DNA from: an uncultured Bacilli bacterium
GTDB taxonomy: Bacteria; Bacillota_I; Bacilli_A; RFN20; CAG-449
NCBI GenBank assembly: GCA_947591215.1
Contig: CANQCZ010000003.1
Location: 4,501 to 68,500 of the forward strand
DNA length: 64,000 nt
Direction: 5' to 3'
Both the position numbers and the translations under genes were made by a program. The notes below the pieces were generated by a model. The model did not search any database and was not told where the DNA came from. It saw only the letters and a list, made by a program, of their open reading frames with translations. This document shows positions 32,902 to 42,528 of the stretch, in pieces; positions within the stretch are counted from its first letter, which is position 1, and each line of letters starts with the position of its first letter.

Positions 32902-33801
32902 ATGAAATCTTTTTTCTTAAATACTGCAAAAGGAGCGCTTATTGGAATCGCTTGTTTAATTCCCGGAGTAAGCGGAGGAACTTTAGCCATCATTCTTAAT
33001 GTTTATGACAAATTATTAAATGCAGTAAGCAACATTACCAAAGATTTTAAAAAATCATTGTTAACTTTACTGCCATTTGCTATCGGTATCCTTTTAGGTA
33101 TTGCCGCTTTAATTATTCCATTACAATGGGCATTAGCCAATTTCCCATTTCCTACCGCGACTTTGTTTGTCGCTTTAATTATCGGACAATTGCCTTCATT
33201 GTATCGCAATGTTCAAGGATATGAAAAAGCAACTAATTTTTTAATCAGTGCCATTCCATTAATTTTAGTTATCGGGCTTTGTGCCATTAATTTATTTACC
33301 AATACACCTGATGTCACTTTAATAAACATTCAATGGTACATGTATATTGTCTTGTTTTTGGTCGGCTTTTTGGCTTCCGCAACTCTAGTTGTTCCTGGAG
33401 TTTCCGGTTCAATGGTTTTAATGCTTGTCGGATTTTATAAACCGATTTTGGATGTGTGTGCTCAATTATTACATTTTGAAAATATTTTTCAATCTATTTT
33501 AATTTTGATTCCTTTCGGTATTGGAATTATTATCGGCTTTTACTTTATGTCAAAATTTATTTCATTTTGTTTAGCAAAATGGAAAATACAAACATTCTTC
33601 GCTATTATCGGTTTCATTGTCGGTTCTTTAGCGGGAATTTATATGCAAGTTGATTATAGTATTCAAATCGATTTAATCCAAATTATCCTTTCGATCGTTC
33701 TTTTTGTCGGCGGAATTGTCGGCTCATATTCCTTAGATTATTTAAATCGCAAATATAATAAAAAACTAACCGAAGAGGAGTCAAAAGATGAATCTAGATA
33801 A
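32902..33801 (+). CDS. DUF368 family undecaprenyl-phosphate translocase (PopT-like)
   Basis: KGALIG.A.LIPGVSGGTLA and second repeat VPGVSGSMVL; multi-TM; start ATG 32902 after GAGGTG (GTG 32893 alternative). Confidence 0.9.
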   Translation: MKSFFLNTAKGALIGIACLIPGVSGGTLAIILNVYDKLLNAVSNITKDFKKSLLTLLPFAIGILLGIAALIIPLQWALANFPFPTATLFVALIIGQLPSLYRNVQGYEKATNFLISAIPLILVIGLCAINLFTNTPDVTLINIQWYMYIVLFLVGFLASATLVVPGVSGSMVLMLVGFYKPILDVCAQLLHFENIFQSILILIPFGIGIIIGFYFMSKFISFCLAKWKIQTFFAIIGFIVGSLAGIYMQVDYSIQIDLIQIILSIVLFVGGIVGSYSLDYLNRKYNKKLTEEESKDESR

Positions 33802-34372
33802 TATTGTCAGTCGTTTTTTTCTTGAAAATCTTCATGGCTCAGATTTTATTAATCGGGTCATGATTATTTTTTCTAAACTCGGAAGCGGTGGCACCATTTG
33901 GATTATATTTTTATTAACGATTTTAATCGTTCAACTTTGCCGCAACAAAAAATTTTCGATGACAATCGTCTTTGCCCTTGTAATTTTATTATTAGGGTGG
34001 CTTTTTAATGATTATTTCTTAAAAATCATTATCAATCGTTCAAGACCTTATACTGAAATCGATGGTTTTTCAGAATTTATGATTTCGATGAATTATCCAT
34101 TCCCTTCCGGATCTTCTTTCCCTTCAGGGCATTCTTTTTCATCGTTTTCTGCCGCAACAATGATATTTCTATATCACCGCAAATTAGGTTTAATCAGTTT
34201 TCCACTAGCGTTTGCAATCGCTTTTTCAAGAATCTTTGTCGGCGCTCATTATTTTAGCGACGTTTTAACCGGCTCATTTTTAGGGGCTTCTTTCGGATGT
34301 ATTCATTTTTTAATCTGTCAACAAATTTTTTCCAAAACCCATTTAGGGGATTTAAAATATGCGTCTCGATAA
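33788..34372 (+). CDS. PAP2-family lipid phosphatase (undecaprenyl-pyrophosphate phosphatase-like)
   Basis: K......RP, SFPSGH, SRIFVGAHYFSDV motifs. Confidence 0.9.
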   Translation: MNLDNIVSRFFLENLHGSDFINRVMIIFSKLGSGGTIWIIFLLTILIVQLCRNKKFSMTIVFALVILLLGWLFNDYFLKIIINRSRPYTEIDGFSEFMISMNYPFPSGSSFPSGHSFSSFSAATMIFLYHRKLGLISFPLAFAIAFSRIFVGAHYFSDVLTGSFLGASFGCIHFLICQQIFSKTHLGDLKYASR

Positions 34373-35051
34373 GTATCTGTCTAATTCCGGATATGGCAGT
34401 CGTAAAGAGGTAAAATTCTTAATAAAACACGGACAAGTTAAAGTTAACGAACAAATAATAAAAGACGATTCCTTTCACGTTATGCCTGAAAAAGATCTTG
34501 TTTTCGTCAATGACTTAAAAGTTAATTTTCGTCAAAATCATTATATCCTTCTATATAAACCGGAAGGATATATTTCTTCTACCGAAGACGAAAGCTATCC
34601 TTCAGTTTTGAATCTTGTTAATGATTTTCGCCACGCTGCTCTTTTTCCGGTTGGACGTTTAGACGTAGATACCACAGGTGTGCTACTTCTTACCGATGAT
34701 GGGGATTTAGCCCACCGGCTTTTATCTCCCAAAAGGCATGTCAATAAAGTATATCGCGTAACTGTGGACCATTCTTTAAGTGACAAGTTAATAGATTATT
34801 TTAAAGTTGGTATTTTGCTTGACGGCAAGAAAACTCTTCCCGCAACTTTAACTATTCTTTCTGATTTAGAAGCCGAGGTTATTTTAAATGAAGGAAGATT
34901 TCATCAAGTCAAACGAATGTTTTCTGCTTTTAATTACACCGTGGTTTCGCTTAAAAGAATCCAATTTGATTGCTTGACTTTAAAAGGGTTAAACGTTGGT
35001 GAATATCGTCTTTTAAGCGAAAGCGAAATTGAAAAACTAAAAAACCATTAA
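34359..35051 (+). CDS. rsuA: RsuA-family rRNA pseudouridine synthase
   Basis: S4 domain MRLDKYL, KPEGY, PVGRLDVDTTG, EGRFHQVKRMF. Confidence 0.88.
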   Translation: MRLDKYLSNSGYGSRKEVKFLIKHGQVKVNEQIIKDDSFHVMPEKDLVFVNDLKVNFRQNHYILLYKPEGYISSTEDESYPSVLNLVNDFRHAALFPVGRLDVDTTGVLLLTDDGDLAHRLLSPKRHVNKVYRVTVDHSLSDKLIDYFKVGILLDGKKTLPATLTILSDLEAEVILNEGRFHQVKRMFSAFNYTVVSLKRIQFDCLTLKGLNVGEYRLLSESEIEKLKNH

Positions 35052-35204
35052 AATCAGTGTTCTTAGGAACATATTCACTAACGGTTACAATTTAACATTT
35101 CGCATTTAAACATCTACAATTTTCTATTTAAACATGCTAAAATAGCGAAGTAGCATAAAATTGTTAATAATAATATTAACAACATAGAATGTAGGAGGAA
35201 ATTT

Positions 35205-37838
35205 ATGCAAAAAAAGTACGTATACCACTTTAAAGAAGCTTACGGCTTAGGCAAAGAGCTTTTAGGTGGTAAAGGTGCCGGCTTAGCAGAAATGACCCAT
35301 ATCGGAGTTCCGATTCCACAAGGATTCACGGTCACAACTGAAGCTTGTACTCTTTATTACGAAAGTGGCAAAGTTCTCCCAGACTATTTAGTCAAGGAAA
35401 TTTATGAAGCTGTTCACGCAGTTGAAAAAGAAACCGGCAAAAACTTTGGCGGAGATAAAAATCCGTTATTAGTCAGCGTTCGTTCCGGAGCTCGGGTTTC
35501 TATGCCTGGTATGATGGACACCATCTTAAACTTAGGTTTAAATGATAAAACAGTCGAAGCTCTAGCGAAAGAAACCAACAACGAAAGATTTGCTTACGAT
35601 TGCTATCGTCGTTTTATTTTGATGTTTACCAACATCGCTAAAGGTCATCCAAGAACCGACATGGATAAAATGCTTGATGATCTTAAAGAAGCTCGTGGCT
35701 ATAAGTTAGATACTGAAGTTACTGCTTCCGAACTTAAAGAATTAGTTGCAAAATATAAAGATTACTATAAAAAGACCTTCAATGAAGATTTCCCAAGTGA
35801 TCCATATGTACAAGTAATTGAAGCAGTTACCGCTGTTTTCCGTTCATGGGATAACCCAAGAGCCAATGTCTATCGTATGATGAACAATATTCCATATAGT
35901 TGGGGTACTGCCGTCAACGTTCAATCGATGGCTTTCGGAAATAAGGGCGAAACTTCCGGTACCGGCGTGGCCTTCTCACGTGATCCGGCAACCGGAGAAA
36001 AAGTAATTTCTGCTGAATATTTACCAAATGCACAAGGCGAAGACGTTGTCGCTGGAATTCGTACTCCACTTCACATTGATGAATTGAAGAGAAGAATGCC
36101 TGAAGTTTATGAACAATTTGTTGAAACCATTAAAAAGATGGAGAATCACTACCGCGACATGCAAGATATGGAATTCACCGTCGAAGAAGGTAAACTTTAC
36201 TTCTTACAAACACGTAATGGTAAAAGAACACCTGCTGCCGCGTTAAAAATAGCTTGCGACCTTGTCGATGAAAAATTAATTTCAGAAGACGAAGCTGTTT
36301 TAAGAATCGATGCTTTATCATTCGATAAGTTGTTACTCCCAGGCTTTGACAAAGATGAATTGGCTAAAGCTACCCCAGTCGCCGAAGGTTTGGCGGCTGG
36401 TCCAGGAGCCGGAACCGGTAAATTAGCCTTTACTGCCGAAGAAGCCGAAAAAAGACATGCTAATGGCGAAAAAGTCGTTTTAGTCCGTGCTGAAACCTCC
36501 CCAGAAGATATCGTCGGTATGGTTGCCGCTGAAGGTATTCTCACCATGCGTGGTGGTATGACTTCACACGCTGCCGTCGTTGCTCGTGGTATGGGTAAAT
36601 GCTGTGTCTGTGGTTGTAAAGAAGCTTTAATCGATGAAGAAAAGAGAACTTTAACAATCGGTGGAAAAGTTTATACTGAAAACGACGTTTTCTCCTTAGA
36701 TGGTTCTACCGGAAAGGTTTATGTCGGTGCTATCAAGACCGTTAGTCCGGATTTAACCGCTGGTTATTTTGGAAGATTAATGGCTTGGGTTGATCGTGCT
36801 AGAAGATTAAAAGTTCGCACCAATGCGGATACTCCTCGTGATGCTAAACAAGCTAAAGTTTTCGGTGCTCAAGGTATTGGACTTTGCCGTACTGAACATA
36901 TGTTCTTCGACAAAGATCGTATTTTCTCAATGAGAAAAATGATTCTTGCTGACAATGTTGCTGATCGTAAAGCTGCTTTAGCCGAACTCGAACCTATGCA
37001 ACAAAAAGACTTTGAAGAATTATATGAAATCATGGGCGAATTAAATGTCAACGTCCGTTTATTAGATCCACCTCTTCATGAATTCTTACCACAAGAAGAA
37101 GACAAGATTGAAGAATTGGCCGTCGCAACCGGAAAATCCGTTCAACAAGTCAAAGACCGTATCGCTGAGTTACATGAATTTAACCCAATGATGGGTCACC
37201 GTGGTTGCCGTCTTGCCGTTTCCTATCCGGAAATTTGCGAAATGCAAACCTCTGCGATTATCAAGGCCGCTATTAACGTCATGAAGAAGGGCATTAAAGT
37301 TGAACCTGAAATTATGATTCCTCTTGTCCTCGATGTCCGCGAATTAAAATTCGTTAAAAATATCATTGTTGAAACCGCCGATCGTTTAATTAAAGAAGCA
37401 GGTGTCAACATGAAATATCACGTCGGTACGATGATTGAAATTCCAAGAGCCGCACTTCTCTCTGACGAAATCGCCAAAGAAGCTGAATTCTTCTCGTTTG
37501 GTACCAACGATTTAACTCAAATGACTTTCGGTTTCAGCCGTGATGATGCCGCCAAGTTCTTACCGGATTACTATGAGCACAAGATTTTCGAAGAAGATCC
37601 ATTTAAGACCTTAGATCAAGATGGTGTTGGCAAATTAGTCAATATGTCTGTTAAGGCCGGTCGTGCAACACGTAAAGATCTTCACGTCGGTGTTTGTGGG
37701 GAAACCGGTGGCGATCCGAAATCGGTCGAATTCTACCACAAGGCCGGTCTTGATTACGTCTCTTGTTCTCCATTCCGCGTTCCAGTTGCTCGTTTAGCTG
37801 CCGCTCAAGCTGCAATTAAAGAAAAACTTGAAAAATAA
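35205..37838 (+). CDS. ppdK: Pyruvate, phosphate dikinase
   Basis: LLGGKGA, SVRSGA.VSMPGMMDT, GGMTSHAAVVAR, GLCRTEHMF, FSFGTNDLTQ, YVSCSP; GGAGG RBS. Confidence 0.98.
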   Translation: MQKKYVYHFKEAYGLGKELLGGKGAGLAEMTHIGVPIPQGFTVTTEACTLYYESGKVLPDYLVKEIYEAVHAVEKETGKNFGGDKNPLLVSVRSGARVSMPGMMDTILNLGLNDKTVEALAKETNNERFAYDCYRRFILMFTNIAKGHPRTDMDKMLDDLKEARGYKLDTEVTASELKELVAKYKDYYKKTFNEDFPSDPYVQVIEAVTAVFRSWDNPRANVYRMMNNIPYSWGTAVNVQSMAFGNKGETSGTGVAFSRDPATGEKVISAEYLPNAQGEDVVAGIRTPLHIDELKRRMPEVYEQFVETIKKMENHYRDMQDMEFTVEEGKLYFLQTRNGKRTPAAALKIACDLVDEKLISEDEAVLRIDALSFDKLLLPGFDKDELAKATPVAEGLAAGPGAGTGKLAFTAEEAEKRHANGEKVVLVRAETSPEDIVGMVAAEGILTMRGGMTSHAAVVARGMGKCCVCGCKEALIDEEKRTLTIGGKVYTENDVFSLDGSTGKVYVGAIKTVSPDLTAGYFGRLMAWVDRARRLKVRTNADTPRDAKQAKVFGAQGIGLCRTEHMFFDKDRIFSMRKMILADNVADRKAALAELEPMQQKDFEELYEIMGELNVNVRLLDPPLHEFLPQEEDKIEELAVATGKSVQQVKDRIAELHEFNPMMGHRGCRLAVSYPEICEMQTSAIIKAAINVMKKGIKVEPEIMIPLVLDVRELKFVKNIIVETADRLIKEAGVNMKYHVGTMIEIPRAALLSDEIAKEAEFFSFGTNDLTQMTFGFSRDDAAKFLPDYYEHKIFEEDPFKTLDQDGVGKLVNMSVKAGRATRKDLHVGVCGETGGDPKSVEFYHKAGLDYVSCSPFRVPVARLAAAQAAIKEKLEK

Positions 37839-37859
37839 GGAGCATTAACACTACTTATT

Positions 37860-37892
37860 AAAAAACCCTAAAGCGATAAACTTTAGGGTTTT
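37860..37892. terminator. Bidirectional intrinsic terminator between ppdK and the convergent gene
   Basis: AAAACCCTAAAG-CGATAAA-CTTTAGGGTTTT. Confidence 0.85.
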
Positions 37893-37924
37893 CTTATGGT
37901 AAAAATTTATTTTATTACATTTGT

Positions 37925-38512
37925 TTAACGATCTTTCGCGGCTTTTACTATTTTAGTTACTATTCTTAACAAATAAATGAGTAAGAAAGCTAAACCAAAG
38001 ATTCCACATCCTAAATATCCATCATAGAAAAAATCATTTTTTATCATAGTGCCCATTAATTCTGAGCCGCACATGACACCAAGACCTAAAAAAGCCGAAA
38101 AGGCAACCCACCTTATAGGGTGAGTTTCCTCACGAACTTCTTTAACAACTTCAATTTCCGGGGATCCTAAAAAATGTTGAATGAACCTATATTTATATTC
38201 ATCATAATAGTGCTTTTCCCAAGATAAATCCGCAAATAGATACATAAAGTAAAGGGTGGCTCCAAGCCAAATGATACCTGCATTTTTCCACCAATCCGTA
38301 CCAATAAACGGACTCATATCTAAATCCGGATCTATCTCGGCATTTGCAAAACCGAAATAGCAGAAAATAGCAATACCAGCAATCATAAAGATTTGACGAA
38401 TAATCCCAATAGACGAAGTAAAAAAGTAGATAAATTTAAAAATGATTATAAAGATAAAGGCGGCAATTGCCATTCCCCAAGGGGTAAAAAGAAAAGTTTC
38501 AAAAGCTTCCAT
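37925..38512 (-). CDS. Hypothetical membrane protein (about 5 TM)
   Basis: 195-aa ORF with hydrophobic segments, AAGGA RBS; no family recognised. Confidence 0.7.
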   Translation of the reverse strand: MEAFETFLFTPWGMAIAAFIFIIIFKFIYFFTSSIGIIRQIFMIAGIAIFCYFGFANAEIDPDLDMSPFIGTDWWKNAGIIWLGATLYFMYLFADLSWEKHYYDEYKYRFIQHFLGSPEIEVVKEVREETHPIRWVAFSAFLGLGVMCGSELMGTMIKNDFFYDGYLGCGIFGLAFLLIYLLRIVTKIVKAAKDR

Positions 38513-38564
38513 AAATAAATCCTTCTTTCAAAAATGGGTCAAAGATAACAAGCGGTGTACAATA

Positions 38565-39821
38565 TTACACATTGTTACTAGAATTGGTTTCTAGATATTT
38601 GAAGTCGTTTATAAGAACGAAAATATTAAAGAGATTTATTAACGAAGCAAATAAAACGATATCTTCAAATCCAAGAAATCCAAAATGATAATGTCCGAAA
38701 AGAAAATTCGCATAGCAGAAAATGCTTGCTAGCTGCATCGTGATTGGAAGAAATTTTCTTCTACGTGTAATAACAGTATACAATATCATCATTACATCCG
38801 CGAAGAAAAAATATCTTTCATGCATATGAGGCATGACATATGGTGACAAAATAGCATAAACCGCTGCGACATGAATAAAGTTTTTAGCGGTAAACGGAAC
38901 TCCTTTTTTATAATAAAACAAAAAGAGCAAGACAATTCCCAAAATCGAAAGACCGAAATAAAGCGCCGCGCCGGCATTGAAAAAATCATAGAGTTTATCG
39001 TATTGCAAGAAAGCATACATATTCGCCGATCCGTAGTTTGCATTCTTGTATTGCCCCATCTGTGTGGCATAAATACCAAGTGCATCATTTATATTAACGC
39101 CTACAATAAGTCCTGGAATAATCGTTATAAATATTGCAAGTGGAATTAATAGCATTTCTCTGAGTTTTACTTTCTTTACCAAAAATAACCACACTAATGT
39201 CGGAAAAAAGAAAACCGTATGAATTTTCGTAGCAACCGAAAGTCCCAAAATAAACATCGCTAAAAGATTTTTATTTTTGAGAATAAAGTAAATCGCATAA
39301 ATAATACAACAAGCCCACAAAGCTTCACACTGACCCCATAACGCGGAATTTAATATATCTGTCGGCATGAAAAACATGATAAAGAGGCTAAAATAAGCGA
39401 CGGATTTTTTATGAGTGATTTCTTTAACAATTAAAAACACACCAAACGCCAAGGCATAATCAAAAAAGAACGAGATAATTTTAACCGCAGCGATGGAACT
39501 TAACGGGAAATAAGAGATTAGAGCCAATAAATTTACATAGGCTAGCGGATAGTCGCATCTTGAGTTTGAAAAATTAGGCCAAGATTTTAAAGCTAAAAAA
39601 CCACCGTTACCTTTAATATGATCCATCCATGGCACAAGATAGTGATCCATATCTCCTGAATGGTAATCAATAAAGCACCATCTAATTAAAAAAGAAGTAA
39701 TTAATAAAATTATTAAGGCAATTATAAACACATGCTTGCGAACAAAAGCAAAGAAGGTATCATAAATTTGATTCGAAACTTCATCGAATTTTTTAAAGAA
39801 TGTTTTTAATTTGGTTAACAT
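38565..39821 (-). CDS. GT-C fold membrane glycosyltransferase (GT87/mannosyltransferase-like)
   Basis: SGD......PW, DYP..Y, NSALWGQCE, PHMHERY motifs; about 11 TM. Confidence 0.75.
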   Translation of the reverse strand: MLTKLKTFFKKFDEVSNQIYDTFFAFVRKHVFIIALIILLITSFLIRWCFIDYHSGDMDHYLVPWMDHIKGNGGFLALKSWPNFSNSRCDYPLAYVNLLALISYFPLSSIAAVKIISFFFDYALAFGVFLIVKEITHKKSVAYFSLFIMFFMPTDILNSALWGQCEALWACCIIYAIYFILKNKNLLAMFILGLSVATKIHTVFFFPTLVWLFLVKKVKLREMLLIPLAIFITIIPGLIVGVNINDALGIYATQMGQYKNANYGSANMYAFLQYDKLYDFFNAGAALYFGLSILGIVLLFLFYYKKGVPFTAKNFIHVAAVYAILSPYVMPHMHERYFFFADVMMILYTVITRRRKFLPITMQLASIFCYANFLFGHYHFGFLGFEDIVLFASLINLFNIFVLINDFKYLETNSSNNV

Positions 39822-39887
39822 TATCAATTCCTCGCTTTAGTGCCATTTTATCACAATATATAGCGCAAATAAATGATATCTTGTCAT

Positions 39888-39914
39888 AAAAAAACGACCA
39901 TTTGGTCGTTTTTT
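39888..39914 (-). terminator. Intrinsic terminator after prs
   Basis: AAAAAACGACCA-TT-TGGTCGTTTTTT. Confidence 0.75.
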
Positions 39915-40875
39915 ACTTCGCATGATTGTATAAATCGTATACGATTGAAACTGCTTGTCCTGTTTCAACGTGTTCGATAACTTTGGCAAGCATCGGAGCC
40001 AAGGAAAGCACTTTTACTTTTTCAACGCACATTTCCTGTTTAAGCGGGATAGAATTGGTAACAACTACTTCATCAAAAACATCCGCTAAAACTCGATCAT
40101 AAGCATTTTTAGAAAAAACCGGATGGGTACAAGCAAGTTTAATTGATTTAGCGCCGTGTTTTTTTAATGCTAGCGCTCCGGCATAACAAGAACCACCGGT
40201 ATCAACCATATCATCAATAATAATACAGTCCTTATTTTCAACATTACCGACTATATTCATGACTTCCGCTTCATTTGGTTTAGTTCTTCTTTTATCGATA
40301 ATCGCCAAAGGAACATTTAAGCGTTCAGCAACTTTTCTTGCCCGATTGACGCCACCGTGGTCCGGCGAAACAACTACTAGGTTTTGAAAATCTAGCTTTT
40401 GTTTCCAAAAATAATCGGCAATGAGCGGAATTGCAGTCAATTCATCGACTAAACAAGAGAAGAAACCTTGAATTTGCGGGGCATGTAAATCGACCGTGAT
40501 CACTCGATCCACGCCTGCCACTTTAATTAAATCTGCGACAAGTCGCGCTGTAATCGGTTGTCTTGGTTTTGACTTCCGGTCTTGTCTTGCATATCCAAAG
40601 TAAGGTATTACAAGATTTATTTGTCGGGCCGAACCTCGTTTTAACGCATCAGCAAATATTAAGATTTCAAATAAGTGCTCAGTAACCGGCGAACAAGTCG
40701 ATTGAATCACATAGACGTCTTTATCTCTTACGGTATCAAGTGGTTCACAGATAATTTCGCCATCTGCAAAATGACTAACTGAACACTCACTTACTTTCAT
40801 GCCAAGATTTGTAGCTATTTCTTCAGTTAGTTCTTTATTGGCGGTCAACGAATAAATTACTGCGTTGTCTAACAT
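39913..40875 (-). CDS. prs: Ribose-phosphate pyrophosphokinase
   Basis: FADGE, PYFGYARQDRK, DLHAPQIQGFF, VSPDHGG, IIIDDMVDTGGS. Confidence 0.98.
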   Translation of the reverse strand: MLDNAVIYSLTANKELTEEIATNLGMKVSECSVSHFADGEIICEPLDTVRDKDVYVIQSTCSPVTEHLFEILIFADALKRGSARQINLVIPYFGYARQDRKSKPRQPITARLVADLIKVAGVDRVITVDLHAPQIQGFFSCLVDELTAIPLIADYFWKQKLDFQNLVVVSPDHGGVNRARKVAERLNVPLAIIDKRRTKPNEAEVMNIVGNVENKDCIIIDDMVDTGGSCYAGALALKKHGAKSIKLACTHPVFSKNAYDRVLADVFDEVVVTNSIPLKQEMCVEKVKVLSLAPMLAKVIEHVETGQAVSIVYDLYNHAK

Positions 40876-40890
40876 GCGGTTCCTCCTTAT

Positions 40891-41652
40891 TTAAGCCTTG
40901 AAAACTTCATCGTCTGATTCTTTCAAATTAGCGAAAGGTCCGATTGTTTTGTTGCTTCCTACAACAACATTCGAAAGTTTTGAAAGAGTGATTTTATTAT
41001 AATCTTTGATTATAGAATTTTCTATAACAGAATGTGGTCCGATTACATTTTTTTGGCCAATTATGGTCTTTCCATAAAATATTGTTCCCGGTAATATGTG
41101 ATTTTGACCACAAAAAACCACTAACGGAGAAATGTATGTATGTTTAGGATCATCAAAAATGACACCATATCTTATCCATTTATTTATTATTTGATCATTC
41201 ATTTGTTGCAAATACTTTGCACGATCGACATTGTCAAACATATCATAAGTTATTATTTTATCTTTAATAATTTTATACATATTATAATTTTGATTATAAA
41301 TTGTACAAACCTCTTGTTTCTTTGAGTTTATTAATTGAATTTTACCTTTTTTGAGTTTAGTCAATTTTTGAAAAACTTTATCATCATCTAATAAATATCG
41401 TCCATTATAAACAATAATTTGCTTGTATTTATTGACAAAATTTAGCTTGTTATTGTTTGAAACCAATTTTATAGACTCTTTTAAAGCTGTTTGCTTTAAA
41501 AGCTCATCGTCAGTTTCAATCATTAAATCATAAGCGCCATTAATTTTAAAATACTCATAAAGCGGCACCCCATAAGGATAATAAAAAATCTTACTCTCCG
41601 CCTTATCAAGTTTTGGATATAGTAAGATAATTAATCGATCATATACTTTCAT
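40891..41652 (-). CDS. Degenerate, truncated GlmU-derived protein (possible pseudogene)
   Basis: Located between ispE and prs; GVIFDDPKHTYIS...ILPGT...IGP.SVI...IGPFANL matches the GlmU linker and first beta-helix turns; LAAG.GTRM motif and acetyltransferase C-terminus absent; very AT-rich. Confidence 0.75.
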   Translation of the reverse strand: MKVYDRLIILLYPKLDKAESKIFYYPYGVPLYEYFKINGAYDLMIETDDELLKQTALKESIKLVSNNNKLNFVNKYKQIIVYNGRYLLDDDKVFQKLTKLKKGKIQLINSKKQEVCTIYNQNYNMYKIIKDKIITYDMFDNVDRAKYLQQMNDQIINKWIRYGVIFDDPKHTYISPLVVFCGQNHILPGTIFYGKTIIGQKNVIGPHSVIENSIIKDYNKITLSKLSNVVVGSNKTIGPFANLKESDDEVFKA

Positions 41653-41670
41653 ATTACATAATATGAATTT

Positions 41671-42528
41671 TCAAACTAATGTTTCGGTAATTTTTGTAAA
41701 ATATGCTAGTGAACCGATTTCGTTTTCAGCTTTTTGCAGAGCTCTTAAATCTTTAGAAAGACAAACCACACAAGTACCAGAACCTGTCATTAAAACTTTG
41801 GTAAACCCTAATTGCACCAATTTCTCTTTAATCATTTGAACTGAAGGCATTCGTATAAATGCTGGTTCTTCAAGTGCATTAATCATGTTATCGGCTATTT
41901 TTTGATCGTCACCTTTTTGCAAAGCGACCTTTAATTCCTCCATATCGACTTTTTTATCAATCTGCATAGTATCATAATCATTAAAAATTTGTCTAGTCGA
42001 TAATCCTTCTTTGGGTTTAGCTAACAAAACATAATATCGATCATGACATTTAATTTCCTCTAATTTTTCACCAATACCGGTAACATAAGCCGGACGATTG
42101 AATAAACAGAAAGGAACGTCAGCACCTATTTGATAAGCAATGTCAATCAAATTTTCTCGAGACAAATTCAACTTCAATATGCGATTAAGCGCATTTATCA
42201 CCGCAGCCGCATCGGCAGAACCGCCACCCAAACCGGCTGAAAGAGGAATAATTTTATGTATGTGTATTCTAAATTCTTGTTTAAAATTAAACTTTTGTTT
42301 CATGAGGGCGAAAGCCTTATGAACAAGATTAGTTTCATCAGTAGGAACCGAGATATCATCGCAAGTGATAAATGTTACACCATAATTTGAAGGAATAATT
42401 TCAACTTCCACGCGATCGTGTAACTCTAAAGGTAACATAATAGATTCCAGCAAATGATATCCATCACTTCTTTTACCAACTACACCAAGCGCCAAATTTA
42501 TTTTAGCGTGGGCCTTAACCATAAGCAT
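41671..42528 (-). CDS. ispE: 4-diphosphocytidyl-2-C-methyl-D-erythritol kinase
   Basis: AKINL.L....KRSDGYH, IP..AGLGGGSADAAA, GADVPF, MTGSG. Confidence 0.96.
   Translation of the reverse strand: MLMVKAHAKINLALGVVGKRSDGYHLLESIMLPLELHDRVEVEIIPSNYGVTFITCDDISVPTDETNLVHKAFALMKQKFNFKQEFRIHIHKIIPLSAGLGGGSADAAAVINALNRILKLNLSRENLIDIAYQIGADVPFCLFNRPAYVTGIGEKLEEIKCHDRYYVLLAKPKEGLSTRQIFNDYDTMQIDKKVDMEELKVALQKGDDQKIADNMINALEEPAFIRMPSVQMIKEKLVQLGFTKVLMTGSGTCVVCLSKDLRALQKAENEIGSLAYFTKITETLV

Noticed and set aside
35161-35182. Rex operator upstream of ppdK
   Set aside because: Half-sites are separated by 8 bp rather than 4; kept only as an unassigned inverted repeat
31072-39827. Genomic island or prophage interpretation of the prs-pth insert
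   Set aside because: No integrase, transposase, att-like repeats, tRNA target or phage genes
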